This document shows, in pieces, positions 58,001 to 64,000 of a stretch of DNA of 64,000 bases. Origin of the DNA: an uncultured Candidatus Saccharimonas sp. (GTDB lineage: Bacteria > Patescibacteriota > Saccharimonadia > Saccharimonadales > AQU-01); NCBI GenBank assembly GCA_943358095.1, contig CALRGT010000002.1:32782-96781 (forward strand). Direction: 5' to 3'. Numbering within the stretch: position 1 is the stretch's first letter; each line of letters opens with the position of its first letter. Position numbers and translations under genes: made by a program. Below the pieces are notes generated by a model that searched no databases, was not told the origin of the DNA, and saw only the letters and a list, made by a program, of their open reading frames with translations.

Positions 58001-59102
58001 CTTAACTGGTAATGTATTCAAAATAGAAGATCAAAGCACGATAACGAGCGGTTCAAGTGCTTCTAACTTGTTATATATTAACCAAGCCAATACCTCTGCT
58101 ACTGGCAACTTAATATTAGCTCAAACCGGTGGCTCAACTACGAAATTTGCCGTCAGCACTGCTGGCACGGTCACTGTCGCAGCTGGTCAATCCTATACTG
58201 GCACTGGCGCATTAACAGTTTCTTCAGGAGCTGCAACAGCATTGACTATCACTGGCAATGCCGCATCAACTTGGTCAACATCTACCGGCAATCTAACTAT
58301 TCAAGCTGGTGGCGCTAGCAAAGTGATATTGAAGCCAGGCACAGACTCTACTTCAGCTCTTGAGGTGCAAAATGCCGCTGGAACAGCTATGTTTACTGTT
58401 GACAGCACTAATAATAGGTTAAGCGTAGGTGTCAGTGACACAACTGGTACATTACTTGTTATCGACACCGACAATGACGCAACCTATAGCGGCGGCGCGG
58501 CGGCTAATACTGCCACAGAAGTTGACGGAGGTATGTTCTACAGTACGGTTAACCATAACTTCATGTGTGGCGTAGCTGGTTCTTGGCAGACATGTACCGG
58601 CCTGCTGTACTCGAATACTGCCATCGGCGCTACTATAAGTACCTGTACGACAGCATGTTCTCCGCTCGGCACGGCACCAATTCCAGCTAACTATTGTAAG
58701 CCAGGCAGAGTAATCCACTTAGTAGCTAGAGGAACATGGACTACCACTACAACCACACTTGCCTTGGCCGTTTACTACGGCTCTAGTACTGTAAAAGCTA
58801 GTGATACTTTGCTTGGAGTTTCGCTACCTGCGACAGCATCTTTGTCCGCAGCTACTTGGGCTTGGCAGCTAGACACGACCTTAATTTGTTTTAGTACCAC
58901 TACGATTATGGCTCAAAGTCAGGTCGTAATGCAGGTTTCGGCAACTGCTTCAACAGCCAACACTACTTATAGTACTGCCGCCACTGCCGCAACTACTGTA
59001 ACGACATCGTCGGCCAACAACTTGTATGTCTTCCCAGCATTTGGTGTATCTGCAGCTGGTAACTCCGCCATTGCAACACAGTTGATAGTAACCGGTAACT
59101 AG
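52071..59102 (+). CDS. Giant (2343 aa) N-terminally membrane-anchored fibrous surface protein with phage-tail-fibre-like repeats
   Basis: The single uninterrupted ORF has a TM at about aa 103-125 (PFIITGLTLVVALIIAGLGSYFA). The module IPNASGTVAVSASGNISLSASG..TFTGLLPI..GGTNSSTAGGALTNLGAAASGANSDI occurs three times. It also has KGIAQF..TNF motifs, the GKLGVGTQNPAYTVDVLGD motif, and very high Gly/Thr/Ser/Ala/Asn content. Antisense ORFs in the track are artefacts of repeat composition. Confidence 0.85.
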   Translation: MQDSTNTQPNLTPVVTPNTGSIEGITPVQNIQNSPVYPEQKIDNTVVSSLTSVASPDVQVQEAFMDQSSLENSGLLDAVDTGSLINQDNYATPKAKRRSAKTPFIITGLTLVVALIIAGLGSYFAKRTTVADKSVSQQVVEQSVDSALLRVDPLSLLSPVGVIGQQLLVNGNADFTGNITANNFFGNGSGITDLKAANCDDCVMLQPTTPGLAQVGGINVAGNGLFGKLGVGTQNPAYTVDVLGDINASSSLKVNGVTVCTVAGCGATSGLTSAVTQLDGLVGNLLISNTSGIGTTITINDASTTGKGIAQFSATNFLVSGGTVNTIQDITNASIPTFGGIILNGNVTLGTTGTVFSNNLSQTSAGNAVVVNAAADQITFQANGRTFQFPSTGVANQTICTTGITCVAGGGQAILLAPGSAQTDTSVDVSIFVNDTGGGNLLQLQTAGADKFVVANNGDTSINAILKVNTITPTASFTVGSSTQTITLQGDASSTFNATGGGFTSSLGFTSPTANRTITIPNASGTVAVSASGNISLSASGNVTFTGLLPIGSGGTNSSTAGGALTNLGAAASGANSDITSTSALATATGLNTITPTGALTVGAVSQSITLQGSTATLTSNGAGNDITLTSADAIILSAVGNVTFSGFNCTTFSNGGTLTTDASGNVTCSNDDGGATPTLQTTYNASTNPELTVDATRGALTVRDNSTPIAANLLEVQNNSGSTTYFRVDANGIETTGTTTSTGNINSSGGVIQTNSVTRIDNSGNLTNIGTINSQTISSSANFTGTVSVATSLTSPLLSSVGALTITPGGAFVVGATSQSLSLQGNGSTTLSSTSGGFTNTLGFTTPAGSNKSITIPNASGTVAVSASGNISLSVSGDITFTGLLPIANGGTNSSTAGGALTNLGAAASGANSDIISTSALATATGLNTITPTGALTVGATSQAFTLQGNASSIITATGGGFSTTVGFSGTPTGGVAYNFDRSALAGTYTICTTVGNCVGAGGGVTTAGGTAGKLAKFTAGSVIADSIISESGVIVTVAGEAVLQGSGGLTLGQASTATGKIVFNNIGNANTITLQSGNPGSNVTLTLPITAGANGDCITSNGSGVLSFTACTGGPGGGVTSVDGLIGVLTIANSSGSLSTITIDDATTSSKGIAQFNSTNFTASSGTINTIQNIDSTATPSFAGLSVTTATGLTLGTGTAAGKLVVRDGISAFGSTFQTTTLTGNQVITIPNAGGTLAVSASGNISLSASGDITFTGLLPIANGGTNSSTAGGALTNLGAAASGANSDITSLSGLTTALSVAQGGTALATIPTNGQLLIGNGTNYTLAGLSGTGITVTNGAGSIGLATIYGSGSNTAAQGNVTFTCPSGTGNLSGTGNAITIGSGGTCNSLTVVNNPTFSGLVTGQAGLVVTNGGSLSTQKGTDYATTGVTSDVNLGAASLYRLTGISAQTITGFSGGVDGRILTLINAGSATAVLSNLTTSAAGNQISTGSGSDVNLPIGSSISLIYDSAASLWRVNGSPAGSGLSGVTNDTNVTGVLASNVLTLGWTGTLAVGRGGLGVGSLTSNGILYGNGSSAVQATASAANSILITDGSSVPALSQTLPTLVQGNITSTGALNSGSITSGFGVIDNGSDTITTTGTIGTAGTTTFTGNTATFSGGVIAPSLERATAGTLTIGSTSNTTAISEGRTGITTTNAGALTVSEAFSANLGATVTGGAVTLNSTGSSNFNTDINTGTSTGAINIGNSLSGAISLQSSSYVSVGASDTTGTLLILDTKTDASDPSGSNGGMYYNSSLGKFRCYENSVWKDCGTSTPTSLQGAYTQSAGASPSITLTNAFGGINIVDGTTPVAGNLFSIKNNAATATYFGITSTGLLIQDASATNALAFDSSTKTLKVYGTSGAGYAGVSYTDATSTAIFAASSGGVSQLGNGNGNVTISLGGATDALNFDKTYTPIAAYSSSDFNVIRNLTGTSFALTGNVFKIEDQSTITSGSSASNLLYINQANTSATGNLILAQTGGSTTKFAVSTAGTVTVAAGQSYTGTGALTVSSGAATALTITGNAASTWSTSTGNLTIQAGGASKVILKPGTDSTSALEVQNAAGTAMFTVDSTNNRLSVGVSDTTGTLLVIDTDNDATYSGGAAANTATEVDGGMFYSTVNHNFMCGVAGSWQTCTGLLYSNTAIGATISTCTTACSPLGTAPIPANYCKPGRVIHLVARGTWTTTTTTLALAVYYGSSTVKASDTLLGVSLPATASLSAATWAWQLDTTLICFSTTTIMAQSQVVMQVSATASTANTTYSTAATAATTVTTSSANNLYVFPAFGVSAAGNSAIATQLIVTGN
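53625..53878 (+). repeat. 254-bp intragenic direct repeat (copy A); copy B at 54636-54889 (about 90 percent identical), partial copy C about 55763-55950
   Basis: Direct sequence comparison shows identical runs such as accatccctaacgctagtggtacagttgcggtcagcgccagtggtaatattag and cgctactggactcaacaccatcactccgactggtgctttgactgttgg. The offset is exactly 1011 bp, which is in frame. Confidence 0.9.
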
Positions 59103-59104
59103 CC

Positions 59105-59695
59105 CTACTGTCGGAGCGAGGCAAGTACTTGGTTTAGCTTGTCAGGATTAACGTCGCTAGGCGCAGTTATTATCAGCCAGGTGGAAGTCTTGGTTGTTAG
59201 GCTAACCATAGTCTTTAGATCGTTTTTAAGATTATATGCTCCAATTTCGGCGTGACCAATCGATACATCTAATTGATTGCGTAGTGGTATGTAGTTGCTG
59301 TAGAAATTTTGCAGTTCATCTTCTGATGGCTTTGGCTGGACGGAAAAAACGATCTTTTTATTGTTGTCATACTTTACAGAGTAAAGCACAGCTTCTTTTT
59401 GAGGGTTGCTGAAAGATGTTATGTCTAGGGTATATCCAGCTGGCAATTTTTTTGGGTCAGGGTAATAGACTATAAAACTGACTTTTTTGCTGACATCTTT
59501 AGGCACTGGGCTGATGGTACGGTGCGTATAAATCCAGCCAGCCACCCCAATTCCAGCTATTAAAGCTATAGCCAACAGGGCAGTGACAATTTTACGCAAT
59601 TTACTAGAGGTTTTTTTTAGTCGTCGGACTACTTTGGTGGCATCATCAGATTGGTCGGGGTGATTAGTTTGGCGAATGTCTGAGTCCATAACCAT
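59105..59695 (-). CDS. Hypothetical N-terminally anchored membrane protein (196 aa)
   Basis: It has a TM (IVTALLAIALIAGIGVAGWIY) followed by a beta-rich ectodomain. It is convergent with the giant gene, with a 2-nt gap. Confidence 0.55.
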   Translation of the reverse strand: MVMDSDIRQTNHPDQSDDATKVVRRLKKTSSKLRKIVTALLAIALIAGIGVAGWIYTHRTISPVPKDVSKKVSFIVYYPDPKKLPAGYTLDITSFSNPQKEAVLYSVKYDNNKKIVFSVQPKPSEDELQNFYSNYIPLRNQLDVSIGHAEIGAYNLKNDLKTMVSLTTKTSTWLIITAPSDVNPDKLNQVLASLRQ

Positions 59696-59853
59696 TAATC
59701 TAACTCAATAGACCTCCTTGTTGCAACTTTCTACTAATTTTTTATATAAGCATAATGACCGTTTTACGGCATTATTTGCTATAATATAAGCATAAACTTA
59801 TAGGGGTGGCGGAACGGCCAAGTAGCCGCGAAGTCAGGGTGACATAGTCGAAA

Positions 59854-62800
59854 ATGAAAATCAAACGGCATCTCCTTGGTAAAATAGTCAAAAAGCCACT
59901 CACCAAACTAAGGCGAGCGGTCAAGTCTAGTCATGTGTTTCTGGCTCGACGTGCCAATCGTTATCTAGTAAAGCCGTTATTACAGCTAAAGCATAAATAC
60001 AATATTCGCCTGCCTAAATTCGTTAAAGATCCTTGGTTTTTGAGCGTGGCTTTGAGCCTTATTGTTATATTAGTAGGGGTCGGTTACCGCACTTGGCACA
60101 CTAATTCGCTCTACAAGTTAGGGGCTAGCGAAACCAAATTACTATCAAAATCTAGCGTCGACAAGTCCTTTATCAAAGAAGACAAAAAATCGTTTAGCTA
60201 TAGTCGATCAGCAGAAACCAAAGTTGGCACATCTAGCGAACAGGTTGTAGCTGGGGTAGGTGACGGCACCGCTAAGCTACCTTATCGGGCTAATTTAGCC
60301 AAGAATCCCAAAGACGGGGTGACTTTTAGTGACGAAAAGGGCGAGCGTAGCGTTACTATGACGGCGCGCTATCCACAATCGGCCGGCCGCTACCAAGATG
60401 GGCGAGTGATGTATCCTTCCGGTAGCAACGAGATCAGTAGCTATACCTTTAAGCGCAACGGACTCAAGCAGGACATAATAATCAGCAAGCCCAGCAAAAA
60501 GACACAGACCTTTGTCTGGGACCTAAAATTAACCAGTTCGCTAGAAGCAAGAATGTTGCCAGATGGCGGTGTCGGTATTTATGCGGCCGACAATATACTT
60601 TCGGGTGATATCACTATTTCCGATAAAAAAAGTCAGGATTTAATAGACAACGCTCGCAAGAACTCAGCCAAAACTACTCTAGTCTTTCAATTACCAAAAC
60701 CATTCATGATAGACCAGCGAGGAGTCAAAAATTACGAAGATTTAACTTATAGACTTAATGGAAACACCTTATCTCTAGAGGTGCGAAACTTGCTTAGTCA
60801 AAAATATCCTATCAATATTGACCCTACTATTGTTGTAACCACAACAAGTGATTTTCGACAGGGGGTAGGCGACAGCAGCAACACAGACTACACTACTGCA
60901 GATCAGATTACATTTACAAATAGTAACTCAACTAGTGCGCTCAACACTTGGGCATATACTCACGACTCTTTAAACGATGGCGGTAGTTTTGTGTCTGGCT
61001 TCACCACCGGCCGTACTGGTCACGCCTCCGTCGCCTATAACGGCTACTTATATGTTGTGGGGGGATTCCAGAGCGGTGGTGCTTATCAGAATGATGTGCA
61101 ATACGCACCAATCAACGCCGATGGCACCATAGGCACCTGGGCAGCCACCACCAGCTTCACCACTGCTCGTAACGCTCACACTTCTGTCGCCTATAACGGC
61201 TATTTATATGTTGTAGGGGGCTACACCGGTAGTGTTTATCAAAGCGACGTCCAATACGCCGCAATTAATGCCGATGGCACCATAGGCACTTGGACAGCCA
61301 CCACCAGCTTCACCACCGCCCGTAACGGCCATACCTCCGTCGCCTACAATGGTTATCTATATGTTGTAGGGGGCTACACCGGTAGTGTTTATCAAAGCGA
61401 CGTCCAATACGCCGCAATTAATGCCGATGGCACCATAGGCACTTGGACAGCCACCACCAGCTTCACCACCGGTCGTACGAATTTATCTAGTACTATTAAT
61501 AATGGCTATCTATATATCATGGGGGGCTACACGGGTAGTACTTATTTAAGCGATGTCCAGTATGCTCAGTTTAAAGTTAACGGTAGTTTGGGAGGCTTTG
61601 TTGCCACCACTAGCTTCACCACCGGCCGCTTCGGTCACGCCTCCGTCGCCTATAACGGTTATCTATATGTTATTGGCGGTTCAACCACTGGCCCCGATAT
61701 AAGAGATGTTCAGTTTAGTTCGATAAGTAGCGGCAAGGCTAGTAGTTGGGCGAACTCTAGTATTAATTTGGATCCTTTTGGCAGCGCTTATCATGGCTTA
61801 GTCGCCTATAATGGTTATTTATATAAATCAGGTGGTACTTATTATTTCTTTGCGCAAGGTTACTTGAACGACGTCCAATACGCCCCAATTAACGCCGACG
61901 GAACCATAGGCACCTGGACAGCCACCACCAGCTTCACCACCGCCCGATTTGCCCATACTTCTGTCGCCTATAATGGCTACCTTTATATTATAGGTGGTTG
62001 TACTAATGACGGAGCCGCTGCATTTGCTGAGTGCAGTGGAACGCTAAGCAATGTCCAATACGCCGCAATTAATAGCAATGGAACCATAGGTACCTGGACG
62101 GCCACCTCCAGTCTAATCAGCGCTCGCTTTGCCCACACTTCTGTCGTTTACAACGGTTTTGTCTATGTTATGGGTGGTTGTGACAATAATTGCGTTACTC
62201 ACGATAACGGTGTCCAATACGCCCAAATTAACAGTACCGGCACCATAGGGGCTTGGATGACCACCACCAGCTTCACCACCGGCCGCTATAAACATTCCAG
62301 CGTTGTTTATAACGGATATGTCTACATAATTGCTGGATGCTCTGTTTCTTCTTGGTTGGGCTGTTCAACAACTTTGAGCGATGTTCAGTACGCCTTAATC
62401 TGTACCGGCACTAATAGCGGCACTCTTGGTTGTGGCACCACCGCTGGAAGAGTAGGCACCTGGACGGCCACCACCAGCTTTGCTAGCGGGCGCTACGGCC
62501 ATACCTCCGTCGCCTACAATGGCTACATCTACGTTATGGGTGTCGAAGCAGCTACCTTAGCTATAATTAACAGTAACGGCACCATAGGCACCTGGACAGC
62601 CACTACCACCATCGTTACCTCAGGGCTGGGTATAGCGTCGGCCGCTTTAGAGGGTTATATTTACTTAACCGGCGGCCTTAACGGTGGCACATATAATAAC
62701 GTTACTCAATACGCCAATGTCGGTCCAACTACTAATTTTCCTACTACTTGGACGTACACCACCAGCTTTTCTCTCGGTCGTTATGGTCACACCTCCGTCG

Positions 62801-64000
62801 CCTATAACGGCTATCTGTACGTCATAGGCGGGTATACTGGCGCCTATAAAGTAGATGTCCAATACGCCCCAATTAACGCCAACGGAACCATAGGTACTTG
62901 GACAGCCACCACCAGCTTCACCACTGGCCGTTTCGGTCACAGCTCTGTCGCCTATAACGGCTACCTTTATGTAATGGGTGGATATGATGGAGCGGCATTT
63001 CGGACTGATGTCCAATACGCCCTAATTAACGCCAACGGAACCGTAGGCACTTGGACGGCCACCACTAGCTTCACTTCACCCGCTTTTTTCTTTCAGGGTT
63101 CCGTTGCCTACAATGGTTATTTGTATCTACTTGGTGGTGAGTATTTTTCACGTGGTGTCCAATACGCCCTAATTAACGCCAACGGAACCGTAGGCACTTG
63201 GACGGCCACCACCAGCTTCATTGGCCCCGGCACTCTCACAAATTTTACCGCCGTCACCTATAACGGATACCTTTACGTTATAGGAGGCTGTACTGGCTCA
63301 TTTAATTCTTGCGTTAACATCGAAGACAGAGTTCAGTACGCCCCAATTAACGCCAATGGCACCATAGGCACCTGGACGGCCACCACCAGCTTTTCTGTCG
63401 GTCGTCACGCTCACACCTCCGTCGCCTATAACGGCTATCTGTATGTTATAGGCGGCTGCTCTGCCGGTAGTTATACTTCTTGCGTGACGCACAATGCTGA
63501 TGTCCAATACGCCCCAATTAACGCCAATGGCACCATAGGCACTTGGATCAAAAACCACGATTCAACTATTGATGGCTCAAATAACGCTAATGGATTTACC
63601 ATCGCTCGATCTGCCCATACCTCCGTCGCCTATAACGGCTATATATATGTCATGGGAGGCCTTAGTGGCTTTTATAGTGACGTTCAGTACTTTATCGCCA
63701 AAGGATCCTACCAAAGAGCACGATACGAAAGGTTTTTCGACACGGGTTCGTCTGGTAATACTATTATGTCCTTTGTGATCAATGGCACGACCACCTGTAA
63801 CTATTCCGTCGCCTATAAAACGGCCGGCAGTAGTGCGATATTTGGAGCGTCTACAGTCATATCTGGGGTTTTGCCAAGCGTATCGCAAACTATCACTACT
63901 GCATTGAAGCGGTATGTCTACATATCAGTATCTATCGATGATTCCAGATGTGCCGATATATCAACAATTACAGACATAAGGCTAACTTATAATGGTGCAC
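59854..64000 (+). CDS. Giant membrane-anchored Kelch-repeat (beta-propeller) surface protein, 3' end beyond window (more than 1382 aa)
   Basis: Absent from the ORF track because no stop lies in the window. Manual translation from ATG 59854 gives MKIKRHLLGKIVKK...FLSVALSLIVILVGVGY (TM). At least 17 repeats of about 51 aa follow, of the form FTTGR.GH.SVAYNGYLYV.GGY......DVQYA.IN..GT.G.W (Kelch motif). Minus-strand track ORFs at 62113-63888 are antisense artefacts. Confidence 0.85.
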   Translation, partial: MKIKRHLLGKIVKKPLTKLRRAVKSSHVFLARRANRYLVKPLLQLKHKYNIRLPKFVKDPWFLSVALSLIVILVGVGYRTWHTNSLYKLGASETKLLSKSSVDKSFIKEDKKSFSYSRSAETKVGTSSEQVVAGVGDGTAKLPYRANLAKNPKDGVTFSDEKGERSVTMTARYPQSAGRYQDGRVMYPSGSNEISSYTFKRNGLKQDIIISKPSKKTQTFVWDLKLTSSLEARMLPDGGVGIYAADNILSGDITISDKKSQDLIDNARKNSAKTTLVFQLPKPFMIDQRGVKNYEDLTYRLNGNTLSLEVRNLLSQKYPINIDPTIVVTTTSDFRQGVGDSSNTDYTTADQITFTNSNSTSALNTWAYTHDSLNDGGSFVSGFTTGRTGHASVAYNGYLYVVGGFQSGGAYQNDVQYAPINADGTIGTWAATTSFTTARNAHTSVAYNGYLYVVGGYTGSVYQSDVQYAAINADGTIGTWTATTSFTTARNGHTSVAYNGYLYVVGGYTGSVYQSDVQYAAINADGTIGTWTATTSFTTGRTNLSSTINNGYLYIMGGYTGSTYLSDVQYAQFKVNGSLGGFVATTSFTTGRFGHASVAYNGYLYVIGGSTTGPDIRDVQFSSISSGKASSWANSSINLDPFGSAYHGLVAYNGYLYKSGGTYYFFAQGYLNDVQYAPINADGTIGTWTATTSFTTARFAHTSVAYNGYLYIIGGCTNDGAAAFAECSGTLSNVQYAAINSNGTIGTWTATSSLISARFAHTSVVYNGFVYVMGGCDNNCVTHDNGVQYAQINSTGTIGAWMTTTSFTTGRYKHSSVVYNGYVYIIAGCSVSSWLGCSTTLSDVQYALICTGTNSGTLGCGTTAGRVGTWTATTSFASGRYGHTSVAYNGYIYVMGVEAATLAIINSNGTIGTWTATTTIVTSGLGIASAALEGYIYLTGGLNGGTYNNVTQYANVGPTTNFPTTWTYTTSFSLGRYGHTSVAYNGYLYVIGGYTGAYKVDVQYAPINANGTIGTWTATTSFTTGRFGHSSVAYNGYLYVMGGYDGAAFRTDVQYALINANGTVGTWTATTSFTSPAFFFQGSVAYNGYLYLLGGEYFSRGVQYALINANGTVGTWTATTSFIGPGTLTNFTAVTYNGYLYVIGGCTGSFNSCVNIEDRVQYAPINANGTIGTWTATTSFSVGRHAHTSVAYNGYLYVIGGCSAGSYTSCVTHNADVQYAPINANGTIGTWIKNHDSTIDGSNNANGFTIARSAHTSVAYNGYIYVMGGLSGFYSDVQYFIAKGSYQRARYERFFDTGSSGNTIMSFVINGTTTCNYSVAYKTAGSSAIFGASTVISGVLPSVSQTITTALKRYVYISVSIDDSRCADISTITDIRLTYNGA
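61205..61470 (+). repeat. Perfect 113-bp tandem-phase direct repeat (61205-61317 and 61358-61470; period 153 bp, one Kelch blade)
   Basis: The sequence tatatgttgtagggggctacaccggtagtgtttatcaaagcgacgtccaatacgccgcaattaatgccgatggcaccataggcacttggacagccaccaccagcttcaccacc occurs twice without mismatch. Confidence 0.95.

Noticed and set aside
53022-58718. Long antisense and off-frame ORFs inside the giant gene (for example 53534-53854, 54542-54946, 55298-55966, 56876-57307), some repeated.
   Set aside because: They mirror the Gly/Thr/Ala-rich repeats of the sense frame, since GGT/ACC-rich codons lack stops on the opposite strand. They repeat only because the sense repeats do. A single uninterrupted 7-kb sense ORF is far less likely by chance.
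59800-59850. GGGGTGGCGGAACGGCCAAGTAGCCGCG upstream of the Kelch gene resembles the 5' half of a class II tRNA.
   Set aside because: No anticodon arm, T-arm or 3' acceptor strand follows. It is most likely part of the 5' UTR.
62113-63888. Minus-strand ORFs 62113-62295, 62665-63015, 63298-63558 and 63577-63888 (and plus-strand 63569-63778), which are the only track entries in this region.
   Set aside because: The real gene is the unlisted plus-strand Kelch-repeat ORF, which has no stop in the window. The antisense ORFs have repetitive GVNWGVLD-type translations generated by the blade periodicity.

Overview
This 64-kb window is a chromosomal segment of an ultra-small CPR/Patescibacteria genome, most likely Candidatus Saccharibacteria (TM7). 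The 16S gene has U at E. coli position 912, which I recall as the TM7 signature, plus GGTCATAC in the 515-530 region and an expanded helix 6. Standard code, UGA is a stop.

Gene content left to right:
- queA (cut by the window edge), a PCD::RNase H fusion gene, rnpB, and the infC-rpmI-rplT operon.
- A 493-nt rod-like imperfect palindrome, comM/yifB, and a 1.5-kb ORF-free AT-rich stretch.
- A TraD/VirD4-like ATPase cluster with an LPNTG surface protein.
- gyrB-gyrA.
- An rRNA locus (16S, tRNA-Ile, tRNA-Ala, 23S, 5S) that looks split into three promoter/terminator units. The 23S carries two ORF-less insertions.
- Housekeeping genes: KGG stress protein, ROK kinase, rpsA, infB, fmt, def, priA, rpsU, yqeY-like, adk, map, ftsA, ftsZ, nrdR, nrdJ, T-box-ileS, rplU.
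- A surface-protein block: a 2343-aa tail-fibre-like membrane-anchored giant and a protein of more than 1380 aa with 17 Kelch repeats, running off the right edge.

Observations most worth follow-up:
1. A family of about 90-180-bp CATTT/CAATG-rich hairpin repeats, five copies, one inside the 23S rRNA gene.
2. A second 23S insertion flanked by an 8-bp direct repeat. Removing it restores a perfect 14-bp hairpin.
3. The 493-nt rod-like element at 3496-3988.
4. A recurring -10 box 6-9 nt upstream of ATG with no Shine-Dalgarno at ten genes, suggesting leaderless mRNAs.
5. The orphan coupling-protein cluster and the giant surface proteins.

I recognised no CRISPR array, transposase, integrase or reverse transcriptase. 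All family assignments come from motif reading and memory; no searches were run.
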